The position numbers and the translations under genes are program-made. The notes below the pieces were generated by a model. It did not search any database. It was not told the origin of the DNA and worked only from the letters and a program-made list of their open reading frames with translations. Source: an uncultured delta proteobacterium (GTDB lineage: Bacteria; Myxococcota_A; Polyangia; Polyangiales; Polyangiaceae). Taken from it: DNA of 64,000 nt. Positions 41,279 to 51,769 of this stretch are shown in pieces (positions within the stretch are counted from its first letter, which is position 1; every line of letters starts with the position of its first letter). Where the stretch lies: the NCBI GenBank assembly GCA_963696385.1, contig CAVOKF010000004.1, forward strand, positions 992,001-1,056,000. The letters are read 5' to 3'.

Positions 41279-42130
41279 TCATCGGAACGCGGCGACGTGG
41301 CGCTGCGCCCAATCATCGAAGGGCCGAGCCTTTCGGCCCGTCACCTTCTCGACGCCGTCGGTGACCACGTCGAGCTTGCCGGCCTTGATCGTCGCCATGA
41401 GGTCCAGCAGCGCATCGATCAGGACCGGGGGGAGGCTGGCCTTGACCAGCCCCTGACGCATCCCTTCGGCCGGAATGTCCATGAAGCGGACCGGCTTGCC
41501 GATCACCGAGGCCATCTTCGCTGCGTACTGCGCGGCACTCAGCGACTCCGGACCACTCAGTTCGTACGCCATGCCCTCGTGGCCTGGTTCCGTGAGGGCC
41601 TTGACGGCGCATGCACCGATGTCGGCAGGATCGATCGCGGCAAACCGCCCTTCGCCGGTCGGCTGGTAGAACGCTCCGTGGGCGCGGATGGTGTCACCCC
41701 ACTGCAGAGCGTTCGTCATGAAGAAGTGCGGGCGGAGCATGGTCCAAGCGAGCCCCGAGCTACGCAAGCGGGCCTCCGCCTGGGCGTGCCACTTCGAGAA
41801 CTGGTCGTGCGTCTCGGGGGCCTCTGCACCCACGACGGACAGCTTCACGACGTGCTTCACGCCGGCCTTCTTCGCCGCATCGATCGCGTTGCCCTCGAGC
41901 TCGATGGTGTGTGCCGCCGCCGAGACGAGATAGAGCCTCTCGATCCCCGTCATGGCGGCTCTCAGCGACTCGGGGCGGTCGAGATCGCCCTGCACGATGT
42001 CGGCCTTGCCCTCGAACGCGCCGGCCTTCGCCGGGCTCCGAACGAGCAGCCGCGGGCGTTGGCCCGCCTGAATCAGTTGCCGTGCGACTTCACCACCGGT
42101 CACGCCAGTTGCTCCGAGTACGAGAATCAT
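41279..42130 (-). CDS. NmrA/SDR NAD(P)H-binding protein
   Basis: ILVLGATGVTG, LRPHFFM. Confidence 0.92.
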   Translation of the reverse strand: MILVLGATGVTGGEVARQLIQAGQRPRLLVRSPAKAGAFEGKADIVQGDLDRPESLRAAMTGIERLYLVSAAAHTIELEGNAIDAAKKAGVKHVVKLSVVGAEAPETHDQFSKWHAQAEARLRSSGLAWTMLRPHFFMTNALQWGDTIRAHGAFYQPTGEGRFAAIDPADIGACAVKALTEPGHEGMAYELSGPESLSAAQYAAKMASVIGKPVRFMDIPAEGMRQGLVKASLPPVLIDALLDLMATIKAGKLDVVTDGVEKVTGRKARPFDDWAQRHVAAFR

Positions 42131-42242
42131 GGGTTTCTCCTTGGTTGTTCGTCGTCTGGGATTGTCGTCCGCGTTGCACGACGGAAGATGAAGCCGAAGG
42201 TCGCTTCGAACAATCATGTGAGTTCGCACTAGACTGGAACGC

Positions 42243-43160
42243 ATGCCGTACCAATCGGAGCGCTCTCTCGCGGAGCTCGCGGCGTTTGTCGCCGTCGTGG
42301 AATCGAACGGCTTCTCTGCTGCCGCGCGCGCGTCGGGCGCGAGGAAGGCCACTCTGAGCTTGCGTGTCTCGGATCTCGAGACGCGGCTCGGGGTTCCTTT
42401 GCTGGTGCGCACGACGCGCTCTCTCCGGTTGACGGAAGAGGGGCGCGCCTACCTAGAGCACGCTCGCCGCTCCCTCGCTGCGGCGCGGGACGCGGATGCC
42501 GTGGTGACTGCCGCCAAGTCGGAGCCGAACGGGCTACTGCGTGTTACTGCGCCAGGATCGCTCGCCGACATGCTGTTCAACGCCGTGGTCGTCGCCTACC
42601 TGACAAAGTATCCCGGCGTTTCGGTGAGTCTGGACACGTCGATGCGCCGCATTGATCTCACGCGCGAGGGCTTCGATCTCGCAGTGCGCATCGGTCCCCT
42701 TGCCGAATCCGGGCTCGTCGCTCGGCGGCTCGGGAAGACGAGCGGCGGCTACTACGCGAGCCCCCGTTACCTCGAACAGCGTGGCAAACCGCGTCGCCCC
42801 GCGGATCTACGCGGACACGATACGATCGCGATCGCCACGGCCGAAGGTCCGACGGAGTGGGCCTTCGTCATCGATGGCAAGCGAAGCTTCGTAGCAGTTC
42901 GACCGCGGTTGGTCGCGAGCAACTTCGAACTGGGGGTCCGCGCGGCTGCAGCGGCCGTCGGCATCCTTCGCGCGCCGCGGCACTTCGTCGAGCCGCTCCT
43001 CGCGAAAAGGCAGCTCGTCCCCGTCCTGCGTGAGTGGTCGCCCCCCGGTGCGGACGTGCATGCCGTCATGCCGCCGGGGGGCGCTCTCGTTCCGAAGACC
43101 CGCGTCTTTCTCGACATGCTCGTGGCGTGGTTCGCGAAACGGGAGAAGGCTGCTCAATGA
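42243..43160 (+). CDS. LysR-family regulator
   Basis: FSAAA, LLVRTTRSLRLTEEG; divergent from the NmrA gene. Confidence 0.95.
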   Translation: MPYQSERSLAELAAFVAVVESNGFSAAARASGARKATLSLRVSDLETRLGVPLLVRTTRSLRLTEEGRAYLEHARRSLAAARDADAVVTAAKSEPNGLLRVTAPGSLADMLFNAVVVAYLTKYPGVSVSLDTSMRRIDLTREGFDLAVRIGPLAESGLVARRLGKTSGGYYASPRYLEQRGKPRRPADLRGHDTIAIATAEGPTEWAFVIDGKRSFVAVRPRLVASNFELGVRAAAAAVGILRAPRHFVEPLLAKRQLVPVLREWSPPGADVHAVMPPGGALVPKTRVFLDMLVAWFAKREKAAQ

Positions 43161-43629
43161 GACCGTGTGAGCTCGGCTGCGCCTCGCGCCCGGATCCATC
43201 AGTCACGCCGAGGGCCGGCGGTGCTCGCAACGAGGCGCCCGCTCACCCTATCTGCCCGATTGCATCTCCCGCCCCGTCCCGTCGACGCGCTCGCGACCCT
43301 CGTCGGCAAACAGCCCGGGTACATCGCCTTGAGTTGTCTCAAGAGCAAGGACGGCCGTCGGATACGCCCGGTGGCGCAGCGGAAGCACGTCCGGGCCTAT
43401 CGCATCAACCCCGAGGTGGTCGAGTACTTCGAGGGAGTGCTTGCGGTGGCTCGTCGCGGCCCATGGTAACCGAGGCACGAAGTCTCCGCGGAAGCGCCAT
43501 CGGAATGGACGGCGTTCCACCTGGTTCCACACCGCCCCTTCGCTCCGTCCTTCCTTGCCTCCCCCCGGCGCGGTATCGCGACGACCGTAACCGACGCCAG
43601 CAACATGGCATCGCTCGCCGTGGACTGCT

Positions 43630-44100
43630 TCACTTCTCGCCAGCGCGTATGGCGGCAATCACGACTTCGGCTGCCTCGCAGAGCTCGCCCAAGGCTCGTT
43701 CGAAAAACGCGAGGTCGTCGTCGTCGTAGCGCGCCAAGACCCGCGTCACGGCCCGGCGCATTCGCTCGCGCCACGGATCGGCGCGCCGGGTCGCGGGCGT
43801 GCCGCCGACGATCACCTTGCGCCTATCCATCTCGTCTCTGCGGCGCTTGACGAGCCCGGCTCGCTCGAGCCGATCTATGGCACCCGTGATCGCGCCCGTC
43901 GTCAACCCAGTCCTCTCGGCAAGCGCACCGGCGGTTACGTCCGAGCCGAGAGCCACGAGGTCGAGGCACTCGAGGTCGGTCATGCCAACGCCCAACCGCG
44001 ACGCCATCGCCTCGCTGAAGAGAAGGGTGAGCCGGCTCACCTCTTTGATCTGCAGGTTGATCGCATCGAGCCGTGCCCGTCGATCGCGTGTCCGCGCCAT
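43630..44100 (-). CDS. MarR-family regulator
   Basis: GLTTGAITGAIDRLERAGLV..DRRKV. Confidence 0.92.
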   Translation of the reverse strand: MARTRDRRARLDAINLQIKEVSRLTLLFSEAMASRLGVGMTDLECLDLVALGSDVTAGALAERTGLTTGAITGAIDRLERAGLVKRRRDEMDRRKVIVGGTPATRRADPWRERMRRAVTRVLARYDDDDLAFFERALGELCEAAEVVIAAIRAGEK

Positions 44101-44191
44101 TGGCTCGCCTCTCGCTGGTGGTCCGTTGACGAATGTATCTTATCCACTAAGATACATGGGGGAAAAGATAACGGACCTGGAAGGCGGTGAG

Positions 44192-44653
44192 ATGGTTCCT
44201 GAATCCGTCGTGATCGTTCCGCTCGTCGCGTTGGCTTTGGGGGCCGTTTGCCTCGGCGGGGGCATCTACGAGACGCTCCTCGTCGACCCGGTCTGGCCAG
44301 GGAACCCCGCGATAATCCAACCGAGCCGCGGCGGCCTGGACCGCAAGCGCTTTTGGGCTCCGATTCACACGCTCTTCGAGATCGCGCTCCTCGTCAGCGC
44401 GTGGATGGCGTGGAGCGGGCCCGCGGCCCGCCCGTGCATCGTCCTTGCGTTGTCCGCGCACTTCGGGGCGAGGGTCTGGTCCTTCGCGTACTTCATTCCG
44501 AGGGCTCTACGGTTCGAGAAGATGGGCGAACTCTCGGAAGAACAAGTGCGCCTCGCCCGAAGATGGACGCGCCTCAGTCCCTGTCGCTCCCTCATCGAGC
44601 TCGTATCAATCGCGGCGCTCGGGGCGGTCGTCGTGCACCTGGGGCGCGGGTAA
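44192..44653 (+). CDS. Membrane protein (DUF1772-like)
   Basis: GGGIYE..PVWP; four hydrophobic segments. Confidence 0.7.
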   Translation: MVPESVVIVPLVALALGAVCLGGGIYETLLVDPVWPGNPAIIQPSRGGLDRKRFWAPIHTLFEIALLVSAWMAWSGPAARPCIVLALSAHFGARVWSFAYFIPRALRFEKMGELSEEQVRLARRWTRLSPCRSLIELVSIAALGAVVVHLGRG

Positions 44654-44810
44654 GCTTGGGGCAAGCGATTCTCGAAATTCCCATCGCCAAGCTCGCCTAC
44701 TCGATTGCAGCCGTCGTTCGACGGGTTTATCGATGTTGAGCCTCGGCGATCTTGCGCGTGACCGAGCCATGACAACAGGAGTCGCGAGACGGCCGCTACG
44801 GTGTGATGCC

Positions 44811-45422
44811 GTGCGCGAGCTCACGTTCCTCCAATCCAAGGTCCTGGAGTGGCGGGATGTTCCCGAGCCCACCTTGACGTCGGAAACGGACGCGATCGTG
44901 CGCCCTTTCATCGCCGCCCGATGCGACGCTGACCCCTTCTATCTTCGGCATAATTTTGAGCAGCTTCTTCGGGTCGGTGCCATGATGCATGTATTGGACG
45001 AGGCCTTTCGCGGCCCGTCTACCAATCCATTCGCCGCTCCCTTTGCCTACGGTCACGAAGGCGTGGCGGAGGTGATGGCATGCGGCGCAGAAGTGCGACG
45101 CTTTGGCATTGGCGACCTCGTAATCGTTCCGTGGGCGCTTTCTTGCGGCGCATGTTTTCCATGTGCGGCCGGATACACGACGAAGTGCGCGCCGGCGCGC
45201 GGCGACAAACCGCTGGCTGCCTTCGGTTTCGGCAAGGCGTTTGGTCGACACGGTGGAATGGTCAGTGACGCTCTGCGCGTCCCGTGGGCCGATGCGATGC
45301 TCGTGCGCGTTCCGGCTGAGGTCGAACCCTTGGCGCTGGCGAGTGCAAGTGACGATATTCCCGACGCCTATCGAACCGTCGCACCGTTTCTCGAACGAGG
45401 GACGGGGTCTCGGGCGATTTGA
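44811..45422 (+). pseudogene. Zn-dependent alcohol dehydrogenase, 3'-truncated
   Basis: GHEG, CGACFPC..C; stops before the Rossmann domain. Confidence 0.8.
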
Positions 45423-45536
45423 CCCCATCGGCATGACGTCGAAGGCGATCGGTAGTGAATTTCGCCAACGCCGGGCGCGTCCCCGTGCGATTCGAGCGTT
45501 GGCGCGCAGCGCGGTGCGTCATGGTACATCGGGGGG

Positions 45537-46346
45537 ATGCGATTCGCGCTGACGATGTCGTGTCTCTTCGTGGTCGCGTTGGCAAGCACACCGGCCAGCG
45601 CCAGCGACGTCCAAGTTGCCGTGGCCGCAAACTTCGATGCGCCGATGCAGCGCATCGCAAGCGAGTTCGAGAAAGAGTTGGGGCATCGTGTCCTGATCGT
45701 CACGGCCGCGACCGGCGCACTGTTCGCGCAAATCGAGAACGGCGCGCCATTCGAACTGCTGCTTGCGGCGGACGAAGCCACGCCGAGACGGCTCGAGTCC
45801 GACGGAAGGGCCGTCGCCGGGAGCCGCTTTACGTATGCGCTCGGCCGGTTGGTTCTGTGGAGCTCCCGCCCGGACTACGTAGACGGAAGCGGCGCGGTCC
45901 TTCGCGAAGGTCGCTTCGCGCACCTGGCCGTCGCCAACCCCGCCCTAGCCCCTTACGGCGCAGCGGCGTTCGAGGTTCTCCGAGCCCTGGGGCTGCTCGA
46001 CCCGCTGCGCGCGAAGCTCGTTCAGGGCGAAAGCATCGCCCAGACGGCCCAGTTCGTCGCGAGTGGCAGTGCGGAGCTCGGGTTCGTCGCATTGTCGCAG
46101 GTGGCCTCACAAGTGCAGGCGTCCGTCGGCAGCTACTGGCTCGTGCCTCAGCACCTGTACGCCCCGATTCGTCAGCAAGCCGTTCTTCTGCGCCCGGGCG
46201 CGAGCAATCCGGCTGCCCGGGCGCTCTTCGAGTACCTCCGGAGCGCCGCGGCGAAAACCGTCATTCGCGCGTTCGGCTACGGGCTGGAAGAGCCGGTGCC
46301 GACCGCGGGTGTCGAAGACGGCTCCAGTCCCAGCCCGAGGCTCTAG
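45537..46346 (+). CDS. modA: Molybdate ABC transporter substrate-binding protein
   Basis: VAVAANF, QIENGAPF, ANPALAPYG, PIRQQAVLL. Confidence 0.95.
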   Translation: MRFALTMSCLFVVALASTPASASDVQVAVAANFDAPMQRIASEFEKELGHRVLIVTAATGALFAQIENGAPFELLLAADEATPRRLESDGRAVAGSRFTYALGRLVLWSSRPDYVDGSGAVLREGRFAHLAVANPALAPYGAAAFEVLRALGLLDPLRAKLVQGESIAQTAQFVASGSAELGFVALSQVASQVQASVGSYWLVPQHLYAPIRQQAVLLRPGASNPAARALFEYLRSAAAKTVIRAFGYGLEEPVPTAGVEDGSSPSPRL

Positions 46347-46353
46347 GATCCGC

Positions 46354-47028
46354 GTGCCGAGCGACACCGATCTCGCAGCCGTCCTCGTCACGCTGAAGCT
46401 CGCGACGACCACCACGTTCGTCCTGCTCCTCATCGGGACCCCCATCGCGTGGTGGCTTGCCCGGTCGACGTCGCATTGGCGGGGGTCGATCGGCGCCGTC
46501 GTGGCTCTTCCGCTGGTGCTGCCTCCGACGGTCCTCGGCTTCTACCTTCTCGTTTTGCTGGGGCCGAACGGACCGGCGGGTCGGCTCACGCAAGCCATCG
46601 GGATGGGCACGCTGCCATTTACGTTCGGGGGGCTCGTCGTGTCCTCGACCGTGGCATCGCTGCCATTCGTCGTGCAACCCTTGCAGAACGCATTCGAAGC
46701 CCTGGGAGCTACGCCGCTCGAGATCGCCGCGACTCTCGGCGCGGGTCCTTGGGACCGTTTCTTCACGGTGGCCGTTCCCTTGGCGCGGCCGGGGTTCCTC
46801 GTGGCCTCGGTGTTGGGATTCGCACACACCGTCGGCGAGTTCGGCGTGGTGCTGATGATGGGCGGCAACGTTCCGGGCAAGACGCGCGTGCTCTCGGTCG
46901 CGCTCTACGACCACGTCGAGGCGATGGAGTACCCTGACGCTCACCGACTCGCGGGCGTCCTCGTCGCTTTCTCCTTTGCGCTGCTCGTCGCCCTCTACTC
47001 CCTTCGTGCTCCCGCCAAGCTCGTGTAG
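46354..47028 (+). CDS. modB: Molybdate ABC transporter permease
   Basis: LPLVLPPTVLGFYLL, FAHTVGEFG. Confidence 0.95.
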   Translation: MPSDTDLAAVLVTLKLATTTTFVLLLIGTPIAWWLARSTSHWRGSIGAVVALPLVLPPTVLGFYLLVLLGPNGPAGRLTQAIGMGTLPFTFGGLVVSSTVASLPFVVQPLQNAFEALGATPLEIAATLGAGPWDRFFTVAVPLARPGFLVASVLGFAHTVGEFGVVLMMGGNVPGKTRVLSVALYDHVEAMEYPDAHRLAGVLVAFSFALLVALYSLRAPAKLV

Positions 47029-47650
47029 TGCCGATCGAATTCGGGCGTCGCTTCGATTCGCCCGCGGCCGTTTTCAGCTCGGCGCCCAGCTGGACCTTTC
47101 CGGAAGGGAATCGCCGCGCTGTTTGGACCGTCCGGCTCGGGCAAGTCGACGTGCTTGCGCTTGCTCGCCGGACTCGATCGCGGAGTCGGCTCCGTCGAGG
47201 TTCTGGGCGAATGCTGGCAAGATGATTCGCACGGCATCTTCGTGCCCGTGCATCGCCGACCGCTCGGCTTCGCGTTCCAGGATCATGCCCTTTCTCGCAT
47301 GTGCGCGTAGCCTGCCATCTCGAATACGCGCGGGTTCGGGCGCGGGGCGGCTTTCTCTGGGTCGCACCCATCGAGCGCGCAGTCGGCTCCAAGGTCCGGG
47401 TGCGTGCGCGTGCAAGTGACATCAGCGTGGCGCTCGAAATGCCGGGGCCGTCGAGCATCCTGAACGTCCTGCCGTCCGGGTCATCGAAGTGAGCGATCGG
47501 GGGCCCCATCGCGTGTACGTTCGATTGAGCGTGGGCGACGGCGCCGTCCCCCTCGTCGCCCGCATCACGCGACGCTCCCAGGCGGAGCTCGGTTTGACCT
47601 CTGGGCTAGCGGTCGCGGCTCAGATCGCGAGCGTGTCGGTCGTGATCTGA
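47028..47650 (+). pseudogene. modC: Molybdate ABC ATPase with frameshifts and an internal deletion
   Basis: ALFGPSGSGKST and FQD followed directly by TOBE-domain sequence (SILNVLP, ARITRRS..LGL); signature motif and Walker B missing. Confidence 0.85.
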
Positions 47651-47709
47651 AGTCGGAAGGGGGCGCAAAGGGAATCTATCGACGAAGTCGGCTTGGAGAT
47701 CCGGAGTCG

Positions 47710-47919
47710 TCATTCGACGCCGATGATGACGTCCGACGACTTCACGATCGCCTTCGCCGCCTTGCCGACGGCAATCCCGAGGTCGTCCACAGACTCGTTG
47801 GTGATGGACGCGGTGATGACGAAGCCCGGTGCCACTTCAATCTTGACGTGGGCGGTGGTGGCCCCGCGGGTAACGGCGACGACTTTGCCCGGCATGACGT
47901 TTCGCGCGGAGAGCTTCAT
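47710..47919 (-). CDS. mop: Molybdenum-binding molbindin (TOBE)
   Basis: MKLSARN...ASITNESVDDL...VKSSDV. Confidence 0.92.
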   Translation of the reverse strand: MKLSARNVMPGKVVAVTRGATTAHVKIEVAPGFVITASITNESVDDLGIAVGKAAKAIVKSSDVIIGVE

Positions 47920-48073
47920 GGAACCTCGGCCTTGTTCGTAGCACGTGACGAGCTTTCGGAGCCACGGATCACGGGCAACGGCGAGAAATTGGAGCACGAT
48001 GGTTCGCGAAACCCTCTTTCGCAAACCATTCCATGGGCAAGAAGATCCAGCCGGGCCGCGAGAATCCGCGTGG

Positions 48074-49297
48074 TCAATGAGCGGCCCACTGCACGCTATC
48101 GAGGTCGATTCCCTCTTTGTGCATCTCGTAGAGCGGCGAAAGCTCGCGAAGGCGCGTCACCTTTTCGACCACCAGGTCGGCGACGTAGTCGACCTCCTCT
48201 TGCGTGTTGAAGCGGCCGAGACCGAAGCGGATGCTCGAATGGGCGAGCTCGTCGCCAACCCCGAGTGAGCGCAATACGTAGCTCGGCTCGAGGCTCGAAG
48301 ATGTGCACGCCGAGCCGGAACTCACGGCGACATCTTTGATGGCCATCATCAGACCTTCGCCTTCCACGAACTTGAAGCTCAGGTTCAGGTTGCCGGGCAG
48401 CCGGTGCTCGATCGACCCGTTCACGTAGACCTCGTCCAGTCTCTCCGTCACACGCGCGTGGAGCCGGTCTCGAAGGCTTCGCACGCGCGCCGACTCGGTC
48501 TTGCCCTCGTGCACGAGAATGTCGCACGCTTTTCCGAAACCCACGATCAGAGGCACAGCCAGCGTCCCCGACCGCATGCCCCTCTCGTGACCGCCACCGT
48601 CCATTTCGGCGACGACACGGACGCGCGGTCGGTTCCGCCGCACATAAAGCGCCCCGACGCCCTTCGGGCCGTAGATCTTGTGCGCCGAAAGGGACGCGAG
48701 ATCGACGTTCATCTTCTGGACGTCGAATTCGACCTTGCCGATGCCTTGCACGGCGTCGGTATGGAACAGAACGCCGCGGTCGCGCGTGAGCCGTCCGATG
48801 GCTTCGAGCGGCTGAACCGTGCCGATTTCGTTGTTGGCGAGCATCACGCTCACGAGGATGGTCCGCGAGCCGATGGCACGCTTCACGTCATCCGGATCGA
48901 CGCGGCCTTCCTTGCCGACGTCCAGGTAAGTGACCTCGTAGCCCTTCTTTTCGAGGCGCTTGCACGTGTCGAGCACGGCCTTGTGCTCGATCACGGTCGT
49001 GATGATATGGTTGCCCTTGTCCTTGTAAAACTCGGCCACGCCCTTGATGGCCAGGTTGTCGCTCTCCGTAGCGCCACTCGTCAGGACAATCTCCTTGGCG
49101 TCGCAACCACCGATGACGCGCGCGATGCGGTGACGTGCGCTCTCGATAGCTTCCTCCGCCTCCCAGCCGAACTTGTGACTTTTGCTCGCGGCATTGCCGA
49201 ACTTGGTGGTGAAGTACGGCCACATTTCGTCGAGCACGCGCGGGTCGACCGGCGTCGTCGAGTGGTTGTCCATGAAAATGGGGAGGTTCAAGGCCAT
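48074..49297 (-). CDS. iscS: IscS-type cysteine desulfurase
   Basis: [28 protein letters not shown]-terminal SPLYEM..QWAAH. Confidence 0.95.
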   Translation of the reverse strand: MALNLPIFMDNHSTTPVDPRVLDEMWPYFTTKFGNAASKSHKFGWEAEEAIESARHRIARVIGGCDAKEIVLTSGATESDNLAIKGVAEFYKDKGNHIITTVIEHKAVLDTCKRLEKKGYEVTYLDVGKEGRVDPDDVKRAIGSRTILVSVMLANNEIGTVQPLEAIGRLTRDRGVLFHTDAVQGIGKVEFDVQKMNVDLASLSAHKIYGPKGVGALYVRRNRPRVRVVAEMDGGGHERGMRSGTLAVPLIVGFGKACDILVHEGKTESARVRSLRDRLHARVTERLDEVYVNGSIEHRLPGNLNLSFKFVEGEGLMMAIKDVAVSSGSACTSSSLEPSYVLRSLGVGDELAHSSIRFGLGRFNTQEEVDYVADLVVEKVTRLRELSPLYEMHKEGIDLDSVQWAAH

Positions 49298-49493
49298 CGG
49301 CGGTCTCTGGGATAGAGGTCAACGAGATCGGGATCGACCCGCGGGTCCTCGCGAGGTCGGCTTTCGTACGATCGGTGGTCGTCAGGGAGGATCCACTGCA
49401 AGCCTCGGGCCCGATCCGAGAATGCAACGACGAGTCGAACGATTCGGCGTGTTTCTCGATTTGCGCCCATGCGGTTCTGCTGCGGGGTCCCGC

Positions 49494-50324
49494 TCATGGC
49501 CAACAGTCCTGGGGCGGCTCCGCCGAGCCCAGTGCGGCAAGGCGGATCCCCGCGGCCATTCGAACTTCCTGCTCGACGTCCTTGGCGAGGTGCCCTGCGA
49601 GTGCGCGGTCGGCGCGGCGGGCGACCTCCCAGCGAACCTCCCAAGCCGGGTCTTTTGCGAGGCGCCTCAGCAGAGCTGCACCGGCGCGCTCGGCGACGAG
49701 GCGACGCACGACCAGATCTTCGTCGCCGGCCAGCTGTTCGAGCAAGGCCGGCTGCACCCGGCGCGCAACCTCTTGCCGAACCTGGTCGTCTGGGTCGCCG
49801 GCCATCCGCGAGAGCCACTGGGGCGGCAGTCGCCGCGCGACCCAGGTTCGGACTCCGTAGTCGTCGTCGCAACAAAGGGCCGTCAGGAGACGTGGGGCGA
49901 GGCGCTGCGCAACCCGAATGCGCACCTCGCGATGCGGGTCCTTGGCCATGCGAACGAGCATTTTTTGAGGCAACCGCAGTGCGATCGATGCGCGCACGGT
50001 CTCGTCCGGATCGGTCATCAAGGCCGTGAGACGGAAGATCGTGGCGTGTCGCACAGAAATCGCCCGGACCTCGAAGTACGGGTGGCCGAGCCAAGCGTCG
50101 GCCGCGTCCGGATTCCAACGGAAGAATCGGTCCACCCGCCGCGCATAGCGATCCTGGACGCACGCGTGTCCGATCTGGCACGGCGCCCGATCGCGTTTGG
50201 ACGCGTGCGCGCATCGTGCACAGTCGACCGGTTGCCCCTCCCAGTCCACCGCCTCGGGCACGTCCCCTTGCGCGTCCGAGTCGACGGGCGGCCGCGTGGC
50301 GCCCCCTGAAGCTCTTCGCTTCAT
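49494..50324 (-). CDS. 4Fe-4S leucine-rich-variant (LRV) repeat protein
   Basis: VDWEGQPVDCARCAH...C..GHACVQDRY..FFRWNP, then D....VR..VA repeats. Confidence 0.9.
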   Translation of the reverse strand: MKRRASGGATRPPVDSDAQGDVPEAVDWEGQPVDCARCAHASKRDRAPCQIGHACVQDRYARRVDRFFRWNPDAADAWLGHPYFEVRAISVRHATIFRLTALMTDPDETVRASIALRLPQKMLVRMAKDPHREVRIRVAQRLAPRLLTALCCDDDYGVRTWVARRLPPQWLSRMAGDPDDQVRQEVARRVQPALLEQLAGDEDLVVRRLVAERAGAALLRRLAKDPAWEVRWEVARRADRALAGHLAKDVEQEVRMAAGIRLAALGSAEPPQDCWP

Positions 50325-50510
50325 GGCCTCGCGCCTCATCTGCCGCGTCAACGAAGTGGACTGAACGACGGCCGTACGCACACCGTCGCGCACGACATGG
50401 CTGCATTCGGGCTAGGGGACGGGATCGGGCGCGACATGAAAACCTTCGCTTCAGTCAGCTTTCGATCTGGCGCGGTCGGGGAGGCCAAAAGCTGCTTCTC
50501 CCAGAGGCTA

Positions 50511-50526
50511 CGCAATCGGTATGCCA
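50511..50526 (-). promoter_or_regulatory. sigma54 promoter upstream of the LRV gene (possibly also iscS-mop)
   Basis: TGGCAT-ACCGA-TTGCG. Confidence 0.75.
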
Positions 50527-50635
50527 CGCCTCTTCGAACCGCGCCGCGCCGGCCGGTTTCGCGGTGGACCACGCGCCGGTGCACTGCCAGGCTGCGTGGT
50601 CTTCGCACGAAGAAGGAACGAGCCCGTGTCGCCTT

Positions 50636-50651
50636 TGTCGAGTTCACAACA
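50636..50651. promoter_or_regulatory. NifA-type UAS
   Basis: TGT-CGAGTTCACA-ACA about 110 bp upstream of the -24 element. Confidence 0.7.
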
Positions 50652-50775
50652 ATGCCGTCCCCCCCAGGAGATTCGTCTCATGCCGTGACCTCCAGGCCAT
50701 GGCCCGGAAACACGGGACAGCGAGAGAGAGAGCCTGCTTGCCGACCGGTGCCATGGGGTGCTCTGGTGTGACGCC

Positions 50776-51255
50776 ATGAAGGGCGACCCACGCATCATCG
50801 ATTTGCTCAACGAGATCCTCACCGGAGAGCTGACGGCGATCAACCAGTACTTTCTGCACGGCAAAATGTGCCTCAATTGGGGTTACCAGCATCTGGGCAA
50901 GAAGATTTACGAGGAGTCCATCGACGAGATGAAGCACGCGAACAAGCTCGTGGAGCGGGTCCTCTTCCTCGACGGTCTGCCGAACCTGCAGAAGCTCGAC
51001 AGGCTGAACATCGGTCAGACGGTCATCGAAATCCTGAAGAACGATCTCACGTTCGAGCTGGGTACCGTGCCGCGCCTCAACAAGGGCATTCAGCTTTGCC
51101 GCGACGTGGGCGACAACGGGAGCGAGCACCTTTTAACCGGCATTCTGGTGGACTCGGAGGGACACGTCGACTGGCTCGAGTCGCAGCTCGAGCTCGTGAA
51201 GCAGGCGGGCGAGGCCCAGTATCTTGCCCAGCAGATTCGCGAATCGTCCTCCTGA
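50776..51255 (+). CDS. bfr: Bacterioferritin
   Basis: MKGD, ELTAINQYFLH, ESIDEMKHA (haem Met). Confidence 0.96.
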   Translation: MKGDPRIIDLLNEILTGELTAINQYFLHGKMCLNWGYQHLGKKIYEESIDEMKHANKLVERVLFLDGLPNLQKLDRLNIGQTVIEILKNDLTFELGTVPRLNKGIQLCRDVGDNGSEHLLTGILVDSEGHVDWLESQLELVKQAGEAQYLAQQIRESSS

Positions 51256-51320
51256 ACACGAGACCCTGAACACGAGACCCTGAACACGAGACCCTGAACA
51301 CGAGACCCTGAACACGAGAC
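51251..51320 (+). repeat. Five perfect tandem copies of CCTGAACACGAGAC
   Basis: Direct reading. Confidence 0.97.
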
Positions 51321-51366
51321 GAAGGGTGGCCGTGCGGTTCTCCGGCGAGAACGCTACCCTGGACTT

Positions 51367-51381
51367 TGAAAATGCTTTTCA
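51367..51381. promoter_or_regulatory. Fur-box-like palindrome
   Basis: TGAAAA-TGC-TTTTCA upstream of bfd. Confidence 0.7.
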
Positions 51382-51399
51382 CTATCCTTATCGAGTAGC

Positions 51400-51606
51400 A
51401 TGTACGTCTGCGTTTGCCGGGCAGTCACCGCGTGTGAGCTCAGGGCTGCGATCGACCGCGGGGCCACAACGGTGAAGACGGTCATCGAGCGCTGCGGTGC
51501 GGGAGATGACTGCGGTGCCTGTCATGGCGTCATCGAAGACATGATCGACGCGGGCATGCGATGCCTCGATCGGCCGCTCGGGACCGGGCGTGCTCCTGCG
51601 GCTTAG
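51400..51606 (+). CDS. bfd: Bacterioferritin-associated ferredoxin
   Basis: MYVCVC...GAGDDCGAC. Confidence 0.92.
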   Translation: MYVCVCRAVTACELRAAIDRGATTVKTVIERCGAGDDCGACHGVIEDMIDAGMRCLDRPLGTGRAPAA

Positions 51607-51769
51607 GCGTCGCCCATGAATTACGGACCTGTCCTCTCGCTCTCCCATATCGAGGAAAAGTCCGTCGGCACGCGCGGTCCTCAGAATTTCTCGACGTCGA
51701 TCGCGGGCCTTACGCACCGCGCAGTTAGGGGGGGAGCCGTGGCCCGCCCGCGAGCCATCGCCGCTCGAT

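Noticed and set aside
43466..43500. Further repeat copy (ACGAAGTCTCCGCGGAAGCG); also a weak match near 39105
   Set aside because: Matches are too short to separate from chance.
51251..51320. CRISPR array
   Set aside because: 14-bp units with no spacers, and no cas genes.
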